A stretch of 64,000 bases of DNA from Cyanophora paradoxa CCMP329 (lineage: Eukaryota; Plantae; Glaucophyta): contig QPMI01000511.1 in assembly GCA_004431415.1 (NCBI GenBank), positions 62,001-126,000 on the forward strand, in the 5' to 3' direction. Under the pieces are notes generated by a model. The model did no database searches and was not told the DNA's origin. It saw only the letters and a program-made list of their open reading frames with translations. Shown in pieces: positions 46,471-56,651 of this stretch (within the stretch, counting starts at the first letter, position 1; every line of letters begins with the position of its first letter). Made by a program: the position numbers and the translations under genes.

Positions 46471-49400
46471 ATCTGCGGCGCCGTGAAGTACGTGGTGCCG
46501 CGGCGCACCCTCGCCCTCACCTTCTTCGTCCCCGTCTTCGACAAGGCGGCCGCCGCCGCCGCCGCCGCCGCCTCCCGCCCCCGCCCCATGCTCGCGGCCG
46601 CGGAGTCCTCGGATTCCGACTCGGATTCCGAGGCGGAGCGCGAGGCCGAGGCCGCCGCCGCGGCCCGGGCGCTGGACTTCACGGAGGAGGAGCTGGAGCG
46701 GGCGCGGAGCCTGCCGCGCGCCGGCCAGGCGATGGCGGCGGCCTTCCAGGCGGCGATCGGCGAGGCGACGGCCTCCGCCTCGGGCGCCCGGGCCGGCGGC
46801 AGCAAGATCACGGCGGAGGGCCTCGCGCGCGCCATGCGCGTGGCCCAGGCCCAGGCCCAGGCGAAGGGCAAGGGCAAGGGCAAGGCCGCCTACATCGACC
46901 TGCGGTTCGAGGAGGAGGAGGCGGGTGCCCCGGCGGCGCGGCGCGATCTCGGCGAGGAGATGGAGGCGGCGGCCCCCCAGCCGACCGGTGCGCCCTCCCC
47001 GCCCCTAATTTCTGAGCCTAGGGCGTTCCAGAGGCGCCAAGGAATGACCCTGCCCTCAGAGGAGGAGCTGGAGGCCGAGCGCGCGATGGAGGAGGAGGCC
47101 GCGCTGGCGGCGGCGGCGGACGCGAAGGCCTCGCGCGAGCTGGAGGTGGCGGAGGAGTACGCGATGGAGCTGGAGCGCGAGCGCGAGCGCGAGGGCGAGC
47201 CCGATGCGGAGCTGGCGGCGACGGTGGAGGCGGGGGCGGGGGACACCTTCGAGCCCGAGCCCCCCGTCGACGAGTTCTACCCCCTCCCGCCCTCCCCCTC
47301 CCTCGACGGCGCCCCGCCGCCGCCCATCGAGGAGTTCTCGGACGACGAGCCCGGCGACGCCGGCCCCAGGCCGCCCTCGTCTCCCCCGCCGCCCGCCCGC
47401 CCCCGTGCCCCCCGCCAGCCCCGCCGCCTCCGACGTCTCCTGGCGCCCGAGCGGCAACCCCTCGGCCTTCAGTCCCTTCCGCCCTCGCAGCCCTCGCAGC
47501 GCCCGCCGCCCTCCGTCCAGGGTACCCCCTCGCCCGCCCCATCCCCTCGCCGCCGCGGGGCACGCCCGTCGCCACGCCCGCCTCCTCCCTCGGCCACATG
47601 CCCCTCCGCCCCTCCGGCCCCCGCGCCGGCCGCCTCTCCCGCCGGGCCCAGCAGCGGCGCGAGCGCGAGCGGCAGCTGCTGCGCGATCAGCGGGCGGAGG
47701 CGGAGGCGGACCACGACGACGGCCAGGCGTCGGAGAGCGACGGCGAGCCGCCGCGCGCCACCAGGCTGGAGCTGGCGCGGGCGGAGCTGGCGGCGCAGCC
47801 GCGCGAGGCGCCCGAGATCGACATGTCCAAGTACGACGACGTGACAACGTACAGCAAGGACAACAAGTCCAAGAAGGAGGCGGCCATTCAGGATGCGCTC
47901 CGCCTCTTCGTCAAGAACAACGTGCGCCCCGCCCCCTTAGCTGCGCGCCCCGCCCCTTAGAGGCCGGAGGCGGCCGTGGCCCAGCTGCTTAAGGCGCTGG
48001 GCCCGAGCCGCCTTCGGCCGGTGCGCCCCCCTCCCGCGTTCGAACCCCGCTAACCCCCTTTTGCCGGCGCAGCGGATCGTGCGCCAGAGACCCTACGGCC
48101 CGAACTCCCCGCCCACCTTCTACGTCGAGCTCCCGAACCTCTTCGTGTACGACAAGGTCAGCGCGAACAGGCACGCCGGGCGCGGGACGATGAAGGAGGT
48201 CATCCAGCTGCTGGCGATGACCTTCCACAAGACCTACGAGTCCAACCCGGCTCCTTCGAGTTCACCTTCTCGAAGGAGGTGCTCTCGGGGCGGACGCGCA
48301 CGTTCGTGGAGGAGTCCCTCCAGCTCGAGGACGTCTGCCCGAGATGCCCGTCATCCCCGGCTTCGCCTTCGCCTGCGACACGCGTGCGCCGCCCGTACCC
48401 CTGCGCCCCGCCCGTACCCCCGCCGACGCCCCTTGCGCAGATTTCGTGGTGCGGGCGCCGCAGGACAGCACGGGCAGCGCCTGCGTCCTCGTCATGACGC
48501 ACGAGGAGGCACGGGAGCGGTACGCGGGCTACATGAACACCTGCTACATCCAGGGGCGCCTGCCCGCGGGCATCGAGGAGGCGACCGAGACCTGCGACTG
48601 GCCCACCGTGTACGGCATGCTGCACCCCTTCATGCCCAACGTCGTCAAGCACCTGGCGGACAACGGCTACGTGACGGCCGACGAGTTCGGCTACGCGGCG
48701 GCCGTCCTCTACGCCTTCAACCTCGTCGGGCCGTGGAACTTCTGCGACAAGCCCGTCTTCGACCGGGAGCCGCGCGCGGAGATGGAGCCGCCGTCCGAGG
48801 GCGCCATGCTGCAGTACTGCGGCATCATCAAGGGCCAGTCGGGCACGGGTGCGCCCCGCCCCCGCCATTCCCTCTTCCTTTTCCTGAGACCCCGCGTGCG
48901 CAGGCAAGTCGATGGTGACGCAGATCATGACGGAGTGCCTGCCGCCAAGCCGCGTCTGCGTCTACCGCCCCTCCAAGGGCTCGGCCTTCTCGGAGCACGG
49001 CGGCGAGGAGGCGATCTGCATGGTGATGGCGGAGGGCCTCGACCCGCGGGCCTGCTCGGAGGAGGAGCTCAAGATGCGCTCCGGCGACGCCTACTCCCGC
49101 AACTTCAAGAACGTCCGCGGCGACGATGTGCGCACCAAGGCGACGCGCAAGGTGCTTGTCATCGTCTGCAACAGCTTCCCGCAGGTGCGCCCGTTCCCTT
49201 CCCTCCTTCTCCCGGCGCCCTTTCTCACCTGCCCCGGCGCAGCTCGAGAACCGCATGCTCGAGTTCTTCGCCCGCGTCGTCCTCATCCCCCTCGACCACA
49301 AGCCGGCCAAGAAGCGCACCTACCTCCACTCCGACATCCGCGAGAACGAGCTGCCGGCGCTCATGGTCGCGGCCTTCACCTTCGCCTGGAAGATCATCCA

Positions 49401-50567
49401 CGCGCTCTCCGACGGCAAGGCCTCCTGCATCCAGGCCTTCGAGCCGGCGTGGCTGCGGGCGCAGCGCCTCGGCTTCTGGCAGGAGACGACCAAGTGCCCC
49501 CTCACCCGCTTCATCGTCACCCACTGCGCCGTCGACCCCACCACCTACGTCGCCGCCCCGAACACGGAGGGCTGGATGACGAGCGTCGCGGGCATCGTCG
49601 AGTACATCGCGCGCACGGAGGGCCCCGACACCTCCGCCGCCGTCGGCGCCGACATCGAGAACGGCCGGCTGGACGAGACCCTCGCCGGCTTCGGCTCCTC
49701 GTGCCGCCTCTACTCCTACAAGCTCGGCGGCATCTGGCAGACCTACATCCGCGGCATCGTCCCCAAGGCCCCGCTCTCCCTCGGCGAGAGCCAGCCGGCG
49801 CTGGAGGCGATCGCGATCCCCGTCGCCCAGTTCAAGGACCCGGTGGCCGACGTCGGGCCCTTCCTCGTCCAGCCCCACACCAAGGGCAAGGGCAAGCGCA
49901 CCCGCAACTCGGCGCCGGCCTTCCTCCCGCCCCAGCCCCCCGCCACGGCCCCCCAGCAGCGCCCCGGCCAGCAGCGCATCGACGAGATGCTGCCGCGCCA
50001 GGTCCGGCCCCGCGTACCCCCCGCCTTCCCTCCCGTACCCCCCCTCCCCCCGCCCCCCTCCTGATCCAAGGGCAGGGTACCCCGACGAACGGCGGCGCGG
50101 GCCCGAGCGGCTACGGGAGCTCGGCCTCCTCCGCGAGCGCCGACGGCCCCAGCCCCGTCCCCGGCCCCAGCGCCGTCCTCTCCGCGATCCAGGGCTTCGG
50201 GGCCCAGCAGGAGGCGGAGCGGCAGGCGCTGGCGGCGCGCCAGGCGCGCGAGGCGGAGGAGCGGCGCCAGGGCCTCTGGGCCCGGCGCATGCAGGAGACC
50301 GCCGCCTTCCGCGCCGAGCTGGAGGCGGGCTTCCGCGCGAAGCGGATGAGCGCGGCGGAGGCCGTGGAGAGCTGGCGGGCGTTCGAGGACGGGACCGTGG
50401 AGCTGGCGAAGGGCCTCGGCTACAGCTACCGACGGGCGCCGGTGCCCACCTCGTACGCAAGGCGGGCGGCGCGGGAGGCCTCGCGGGCGGAGATCGACGC
50501 GGCGGAGGAGCAGGCGGCGCGCGAGGAGGCCGAGGACAACGCGCGCTTCCGGCACCTGCACCACTGA
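46471..50567 (+). CDS. D5-like superfamily 3 helicase with long acidic/low-complexity N-terminus; spliceosomal introns; 5' end uncertain
   Basis: Walker A IIKGQSGTG|KS (intron 48849-48903), Walker-B-like ICMVMAE, SGD..SRNFKN, motif C VIVCN, Arg-finger-like FFARVVLIP, ELPALM and PLTRFI. This pattern resembles phycodnavirus A456L-type D5 helicases. Confidence 0.8.
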
Positions 50568-50616
50568 GGCCCCGAGGCGGTATTTTTTCTCAACCCTCCC
50601 TCAATTCGGTCCCGCG

Positions 50617-50805
50617 ATGGCCTTCGAAGCTTATCCCGCCCACTACTCGCTAGGAGCGCTGGCTGCGACCCTCACCTGGCTCCTCGGCGGCACCCCCACG
50701 GCCTCGGCGGTCATCGGCGTGGGCTTCGGCTATGCCGCCAAGTCCCTCTACGCCCCCGGCTCCGCCTCGCAGGCCGCGGCCGGCATGCGCCCCGCCGGGC
50801 GCTAA
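50617..50805 (+). CDS. Small viral membrane protein (two hydrophobic segments)
   Basis: 62 aa, hydrophobic. TTTTCTCA lies ~25 nt upstream. Confidence 0.6.
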   Translation: MAFEAYPAHYSLGALAATLTWLLGGTPTASAVIGVGFGYAAKSLYAPGSASQAAAGMRPAGR

Positions 50806-50916
50806 CTCTCCCTTTTCAAAGTTTTCCCAAGTTCATTCTCCCCTCCCCCTTTTCCGAGTTCCGAGTCCGTTGGCGTTCCCTTTTAAATTTTCTTCATTCT
50901 CGTTACACGTTCGAAG

Positions 50917-51395
50917 ATGTCGAGCGCGGTAGAGAAGCTGCTGTGCACCGTGTTCAAATCGGATTCGCGATGCAGCAAGATTGGCGAGGCGGCGAGGGCT
51001 AAGGGCGGGGCGGCGGCGGAGGGGCCCAGGGTGAAGGCGGCGGATCCCGCGCCGCCGTCGCTGAAAACGATCAAGGGGGCGGGCAAGGGCAGGAGCGTGG
51101 GGGCGCTGCCCCTCGTGGCGATCGCGCCGGGGCAGAGGGAGGCGGCGCACGCGGCGACGGCGGCGCTGGCCGCGCGGCGCCAGGCGGAGGCCTACCCGTG
51201 CCTGGGCCAGGGGCTGCACCCGCCGGCCGGCCGCCCTACGCCGTGAGCGCCTACTTCGACGAGGCCAACCGGCTGAGCTGCCAGGAGCTGTGCGACAACC
51301 GCATGCGGCGCGCCGTGGACGGGCACCTGCCGCTGCTGGTGGCGCTGGGCGGCTCGCTCCTGATGGTCTGGTACCTGCGCGGCCTGGTCATTTAG
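50917..51395 (+). CDS. Viral protein with C-terminal TM (frameshift ~51235)
   Basis: ORF 50917-51246 continues in frame 51198-51395 and ends LPLLVALGGSLLMVWYLRGLVI. Confidence 0.55.
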
Positions 51396-51432
51396 ATAGT
51401 TTTTCGAAACCCCGGTTGGAAGCTAGCCAAGG

Positions 51433-51758
51433 ATGAGCTGGCTCGATGCGCTGCTCACGAAGACCTTCGGCCCAAGGGCCAGCCGCGCCTGCAGTTCGGC
51501 GAGATCAACGCGGCGATCGGCGCCACGGTGGAGACGAAGAACCGAGAGAACGTCCTGCGCGGCGACGGAGGCGCGTGGGCCGACATTGCGGCGGGCGCCC
51601 TGGGCTCCGCGCTCACCGCACCGGGCAAGGCGGGCCGCGCGCTGACGGACGGGGCCGAGCGCTTCTGGCACTGGCTCAAGGTGGCCGTTGTCATCGCCGC
51701 AGCGGTTGTGGCGGGTCTCCTGGTGCTCGAGGCTCGCGCGCTATTTTCTAAACGCTAG
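51433..51758 (+). CDS. Viral protein with C-terminal TM (frameshift ~51478)
   Basis: MSWLDALLTKTFGP continues into the frame ending WLKVAVVIAAAVVAGLLVLEAR. Confidence 0.6.
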
Positions 51759-51774
51759 GTAAACTGAGCGAACC

Positions 51775-52152
51775 ATGCCCCGCGGCGGCTCTTCCCCCCG
51801 TGTTTCCTTCGCTGAGAACCCAGTGGCGAACGCAGCGGACGGTACCCCCCTGGAGCCCGGAGTGAAGCTGGAGCGTGCGAACGCAGTCTCCGTCAAGAAG
51901 GCCAAGCGCACGCTGGCGCTGGAAGTCCCGGTCGCGGAGGATACGGAGAAGGTTGCATTCAACAAGCGCAAGACGTACAAGGCGATACGCGAGGGACAGC
52001 TGCTGCCCACGGACTCGGTTCCCGGGCTGCCGGGCACCACGGCCGGCGAGCTCCTAGTGCGCAACCTGCGCCTGCAGTACGTCTCCCGCCTCCGCCGCTC
52101 CAAGGCCAAGAAGGCGCGCCTGGACCCGGGCGATAGCAGCTCTAGCTCGTAG
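51775..52152 (+). CDS. Basic viral hypothetical protein (N-terminal RVSF, C-terminal KKAR cluster)
   Basis: Intact 125-aa ORF with TTTTCTAA upstream. Confidence 0.7.
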   Translation: MPRGGSSPRVSFAENPVANAADGTPLEPGVKLERANAVSVKKAKRTLALEVPVAEDTEKVAFNKRKTYKAIREGQLLPTDSVPGLPGTTAGELLVRNLRLQYVSRLRRSKAKKARLDPGDSSSSS

Positions 52153-52179
52153 GGCTCTGTACTGTTGTATTCAATGCCT

Positions 52180-52463
52180 TTACCAGTTCCTGTTCCTATC
52201 CCAGAGCACGACTCGGGTGAAGGGCACGGTCATAGCGAACATGAACTCGGCGAACTTTGCAAAGTTCATCAGGGTTCCAGGCGGGGATCCTCCCAGTAGA
52301 TCGCCTCGCGCAGCGCCTCGTAGACGCGCATGAGGGAGCGCTCGTTCTCCGTCGCGAAGGCGTCGCCGGGCTCGTCGGGGTCGGGATCCGTGAGCTCGGA
52401 GTACTCGTCCGAGCTGCCCGCGCTCTCGGCACCTGCGGCGGGGTCGGGCGAGGGGTCGGGCAT
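52180..52463 (-). CDS. Small acidic viral protein (frameshift ~52285)
   Basis: MPDPSPD...LMRVYEALREAIYWED continues as TLMNFAKFAEFMFAM. Confidence 0.55.
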
Positions 52464-52511
52464 TCTTTGCTGGTAGAAGGGCTAGAAGAGGGACCAGAAA
52501 ATCACTAGCAA

Positions 52512-52853
52512 TCACGGGCGCCGGAACTCCATCGAGTCGCCGCGCCAGTACTTGTTGCCGGAGGCGAGCAGCTTCATCGGCTCGCCCGTCGAATCGTGCT
52601 TCCAGGCCTCGCCGTCCCAGAGGGCCGTGCCGCCGTCCTCTAGCTTGAGGCGGTGGCCCGGCTCGAGACGGTTGCCGTCGAGCATGCGGCCGGCCATGAG
52701 CGCCAGGTCCCACTCGGTGAGGTTGCGCTGCTCTGCGGGGGTGAGGCCGCGCTCGACGCGCTCGGGCTGGCGCGCCTCGCGCTCCATGCGGCTGAGGCCT
52801 ACCAGGAAGAAGATGGGCAGGGCAAAGGCCATGAGATCTAGCAGGGCCTCCAT
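52512..52853 (-). CDS. Viral protein with N-terminal TM
   Basis: Starts MEALLDLMAFALPIFFLVGL. TTTTCTAA upstream. Confidence 0.65.
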   Translation of the reverse strand: MEALLDLMAFALPIFFLVGLSRMEREARQPERVERGLTPAEQRNLTEWDLALMAGRMLDGNRLEPGHRLKLEDGGTALWDGEAWKHDSTGEPMKLLASGNKYWRGDSMEFRRP

Positions 52854-52863
52854 TGGGAAAGAC

Positions 52864-53157
52864 TTAGAAAAGGTTCCGGACCAGGCCCGAGAGCTGCGGG
52901 CCCAGGCGCCGGGCGGCGTAGTAGAGCGCGGCCGCCGCCGCCGCAAGGATGAGCAGGCGCGGCGGGCCGCGCGCCGGCTCCTCCAGCGTCAGGTCCACGG
53001 TCTCCGGCCCGCGCGCCGGAGCCGCCAGGATCTCGGGCTCGGAGCAGAGGGACTTGGGCCCGCGGCGGCGGCGCTGCTTGGGCGCCGAGGCGGCGGCGGC
53101 GGCGGTGAGAAGGTCCTCAGGCTCCTGCTTGATACCTGCGCAGTCAGTAAAGTCCAT
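52864..53157 (-). CDS. Small viral protein with C-terminal TM
   Basis: MDFTDCAGIKQEPED...RLLILAAAAAALYYAARR. Confidence 0.6.
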   Translation of the reverse strand: MDFTDCAGIKQEPEDLLTAAAAASAPKQRRRRGPKSLCSEPEILAAPARGPETVDLTLEEPARGPPRLLILAAAAAALYYAARRLGPQLSGLVRNLF

Positions 53158-53346
53158 GCTTGCTGGGTACCTTGGAAAATTGTGGGAGGCGTCAGGCGGC
53201 TGCGAACGAAGGAGGGGGGAGAAGTGACGCGGACGCAAAAGATTCCGTCATGGGTTTTTCCGTCATGGGCTGGAACTTGGACTCGGGACTCGGCCGGGAA
53301 TTCTCCTGGTAAGTTCGAGACTTGAACTCGGCGGGGTAACCCCTAT

Positions 53347-53410
53347 GTCCTAGTGTCCTAGTGTCCCAGAGTCCTAGTGTCCTAGTGTCCTAGTGTCCTA
53401 GAGTCCTAGT
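53347..53410. repeat. 8-bp tandem repeat (GTCCTAGT) x8
   Basis: Direct reading; two copies are variant. Confidence 0.9.
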
Positions 53411-53963
53411 AGTACTAAGTAGGTGGTATCGATATCTAGCTAGCTAGCGCTAGCGCTTGCTTAATTAATTAACTGAAAGGTTGCGGAGGTTGCGGACGCG
53501 TCACAATTCCGTCATGGGTTTTCCGTCATGGGCTGGAACTTGGACTCGGGACTCGGCCGGGAATTCTCCTGGTAAGTTCGAGACTTGAACAAGAACGACG
53601 TACCCCTCCTATGACCGTTCTATACTACATTAAAGTATTCATTGATTGTGAATAACGATAATGTCATAGCAACTTCAGTATGATGTCATAGCAACTTGAA
53701 ATTACCTTCAAGTCGAATAGAGGGGTACAGAGTCGGTACGTTAGACTTGACAAAACACGTGTATTTTTTTACGCCGAGTTTTGCGGCCGAGTCCCGAGTC
53801 CAAGTTCCAGCCATGACGGAAAACCCATGACGGAATTGTGACGCGTCCGCAACCTCCGCAACCTTTCAGGTAAATGTCAGGTAACTTCAGGTTAATTAAT
53901 TAAGCAAGCGCTAGCAAGCACTAGCTAGATATCACAGCTCTACCTTGCCCAAGTTGATGGTAT

Positions 53964-54356
53964 CTAGCAAGGCCTGCTCCTCCAAGTCTGCACCACCGCC
54001 GCTCCAGCGCTAGCGCTAGCTCGATACCGCCTCCGGCTTGATCTCCCTTGGCTCCAGCCACCTGAGAGGCTCAGGCCACCTCCTCTGGTGAAGCCGGTAT
54101 CGTTGCTCTTGTCCAGCTTGAGGTAGCGGTAGGGCGCCGGCGCCGGCCAGTCCGGCCTGTGGCCGCTTGCCTCCTTGGCTATGTCCTTGGGCCTACGCGG
54201 ACGCAGGTCGGCCTTGGCCTTCGCCCTCTGCAGGGGGCCCAGCGCCTTGAACTTCGGTGCCTTGGTCGCCGGCAGGGCCTTGGGCTGGGGCTTCTGGGGC
54301 TTCTGCGTCTTCACCGCCTTGGGCTTCGGCATCCTTGGCTGCTTCGATTTCGGCAT
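53964..54356 (-). CDS. Lys/Arg/Pro-rich basic protein, candidate virion DNA-condensing protein
   Basis: MPKSKQPRMPKPKAVKTQKPQKPQPK... uses GC3-rich codons and has TTTTCTCA upstream. Confidence 0.6.
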   Translation of the reverse strand: MPKSKQPRMPKPKAVKTQKPQKPQPKALPATKAPKFKALGPLQRAKAKADLRPRRPKDIAKEASGHRPDWPAPAPYRYLKLDKSNDTGFTRGGGLSLSGGWSQGRSSRRRYRASASAGAAVVQTWRSRPC

Positions 54357-54594
54357 ACTTCTTGCTCATAAATGAGAAAAGCGCCTCAAAGTCTGCCTTT
54401 ATCTCCTCCTTGGACCAGGATGTCACCTGATCCGGGTCACCTGAGAACGGCGCATCGAACGCCACGTGGAGCGATTTGCAGGCCTGGGCAATCATTGGCT
54501 CGGGCCATGCCAGCTCGATCAGCTGAAGGTAGATGTTGAGGGCCTTGTCGAGCTTGGCGCCCTGGGAGACCAGCTGGGAGATGGCGGGCTCCAT
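54193..54594 (-). CDS. Viral hypothetical protein (3' part overlaps the basic ORF)
   Basis: Starts MEPAISQLVSQGAKLDKALNIYLQL. ATTTCTGA upstream. Confidence 0.5.
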   Translation of the reverse strand: MEPAISQLVSQGAKLDKALNIYLQLIELAWPEPMIAQACKSLHVAFDAPFSGDPDQVTSWSKEEIKADFEALFSFMSKKYAEIEAAKDAEAQGGEDAEAPEAPAQGPAGDQGTEVQGAGPPAEGEGQGRPASA

Positions 54595-54744
54595 GGTGGG
54601 TAGACTAGCATCAGAAATGGCGCCAAGTTCGAATCTATTTTTTTACCGGGAGAGTTTGGCCCGAGTCCCAGGTCCAAGTTCCAGCCCATGACGGAAAAAC
54701 CCATGACGGAATCTTTCGCGTCCGCGTCACTTCTCCCCCCCTCC

Positions 54745-54789
54745 TCAGGTGAGCGCTCACCTGAACCTCACCTGAACGGCCTCTATAAG
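54745..54789 (+). promoter_or_regulatory. Promoter-like element: perfect 20-bp palindrome tcaggtgagcgctcacctga, another TCACCTGA, then TATAAG
   Basis: Lies upstream of ATG 54851. TCACCTGA recurs upstream of the next two genes (55355, 55737). Confidence 0.55.
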
Positions 54790-54850
54790 CACGCGGCACG
54801 CGGCGTTCCCCTCACACTCTCAATCTCTCTCAACGCAACCAGCAAGCAAC

Positions 54851-55320
54851 ATGGCCCTTGTTGCCCAGTTCTTCGTCGAGGAATACACCGTGCGCGTGAT
54901 CGGCGAGCCCATTGACCGCGAGGTGGAAGTTCTCAAGGACGGCAAAGTAGACGACTGCAAGACTGCCCGGTAAGATCCTCCTCATGAAGCTCTCCGACGA
55001 TGGCTTCTCCTTCACCCTGGTCTCCTGCGCCAAGACCCAAACCGGACAGACGGCCTACATCGTGACCTTCTCCGCGGGGCGCCTGAACTGCACGCATGTT
55101 CAAGTACCCGAGTGGGCCTCGTTCTGCGCGGCGATCTCTCCCTCAGGCCGCTCCCTCGCCTACACATTCTTTGAGGGTATCAGTGCAACATCTGGGTCTT
55201 GCGGAGGCAGATGGGCTCCCCCAGATGAAGGTCGATCAGCTGCACCAGCAGTGCGGCTACCCCTTTAGCCTTGACGATAGGATGATTTCCTTTGATCTTG
55301 ATGGCTCTGTATCCCTCTGA
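54851..55320 (+). CDS. Viral hypothetical protein (frameshifted)
   Basis: MALVAQFFVEEYTVRVIGEP continues through ORFs 54984 and 55096. Confidence 0.5.
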
Positions 55321-55428
55321 AATTGAACGCGTGTTTTCTGACTTCGTCTGAAGCTCACCTGACGCGGGGCCTTAAGAGGGGGCACGGGGCCTCGGTTCCT
55401 CACACTTTAACCGTAAGCCAACGAGAGA

Positions 55429-55800
55429 ATGTGCGCCCCCAAGTACTTCACCTGCTGCCTGACCTTCGGCATCTTCGAGTACGAGGCCATGGAAGAGGAT
55501 CTGGACGAGAACGGCGAGATCTGCTTCAACTACTGCAGGCTGCTGCGCAACATCTCGCTGGAGTGCCGCAAGGGCGACTGCTTCCAGCACATCATGCTCA
55601 ATCCCGCCAAGAACGAGATCACCCTGTACGCCGTCGCCTGCCCCAGCGCCAGATTTAGACTCTCGAATATTCGCGTAGCCGCGATCGAAGCCCTTCCCCC
55701 CCCAGTGAGACGAATTGAACACGTGTTTTACCTGAATCACCTGAGCGCTCAGCTGAAGTCAGGTGGGGCGCCCTTTAAATATTTTCTAGCGCTAGGCTGA
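55429..55800 (+). CDS. Cys-rich viral hypothetical protein (true end probably ~55670-55710)
   Basis: MCAPKYFTCCLTFGIFEYE... with GC3-rich codons up to ~55650. Confidence 0.55.
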   Translation: MCAPKYFTCCLTFGIFEYEAMEEDLDENGEICFNYCRLLRNISLECRKGDCFQHIMLNPAKNEITLYAVACPSARFRLSNIRVAAIEALPPPVRRIEHVFYLNHLSAQLKSGGAPFKYFLALG

Positions 55801-55822
55801 TCGCACACTAAGCTCAGACAAC

Positions 55823-56618
55823 ATGGCCACCGTCCGCAACGCCAACGAGATCGACCCGCCAAGCTCGCCTTCGAGATCGACGCCACCGCCGCATCAAGGC
55901 CAAGTACGACGGCCTGCAGGGCCTCATGATGTACGCGCCGCCCATGGTCACCATCAACCCTGCATCAACACAGAGCAAGGCAAGGCGTGGAGCGACGAGA
56001 AGAAGGCCTTCGTCATGGAAGAAAACGGCGGATTCTACACGCTGGACCTCACCGATCTCAGCGCCGTCGACGGCCAGACGAACCCGCCGCGGACGAGTTC
56101 CTCAAGCTGCTCGAGGCCCTGGACGCGAAATTCTGCGAGTTCGTGCAGCAGAACCAGGCCAAGCTCAAGGTCTCGCCCGGCCGCTCCCTCTCCAAGGACC
56201 AGATCTCGGTGCTGCAGACCCCCAGCGTGCGCATCAAGGTCGACAAGGAGTCGGGCCAGGCCTTCTACAAGTACCTCAACATGCGCATCCGCACCCAGAC
56301 GATGGCGGGCAAGCGCAAGACCATCCCCGTCGTCGACATGTCCAACTACCTCATCACCGAGCGCGCCACCATCGCACCGGCGACCTGGTGGCCGCCCTCG
56401 TCAAAATCGACACCGCCTACGCCATCCCCGAGGGCAAGTTCGGCCTCAAGTGGTCCTTCCTCGCCGTGCAGCAGTGCAAGGTCGGCGCCTTTCGCTTCGC
56501 AGGCCGCACGCCCGAGCTGGCCTTCAGGCCCTACGACAACGAGGCCAGCTTCGAGCCCTACCTAAACCCGAGTCTATGTACACAGCCCCATGCAGTAGCT
56601 CGGACGAATAAATTGTGA
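55823..56618 (+). CDS. NCLDV-type single-stranded DNA-binding protein (OB-fold), frameshifted
   Basis: The stitched protein contains FYTLDLT, EFLKLLEALDAKFCEFV and GDLVAALVKIDTAY..GKFGLKWSFLAVQ, the pattern of T7-gp2.5-like NCLDV SSBs. Confidence 0.7.
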
Positions 56619-56651
56619 ATTTTTGGTGCAATTGATTACACGCGTTTACAC

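Larger units (their letters stand above)
53210..54745. repeat. Nested inverted-repeat / iteron complex
   Basis: Outer IR: 53210-53293 / 54661-54745. Inner IR: ~53431-53558 / ~53784-53933. Direct repeat: 53242-53327 / 53506-53590. Each arm carries two TTCCGTCATGG units. Confidence 0.92.

Noticed and set aside
53242-53590. CRISPR-like array
   Set aside because: There are only two direct copies plus inverted copies, no regular spacers and no cas genes, and the context is eukaryotic.
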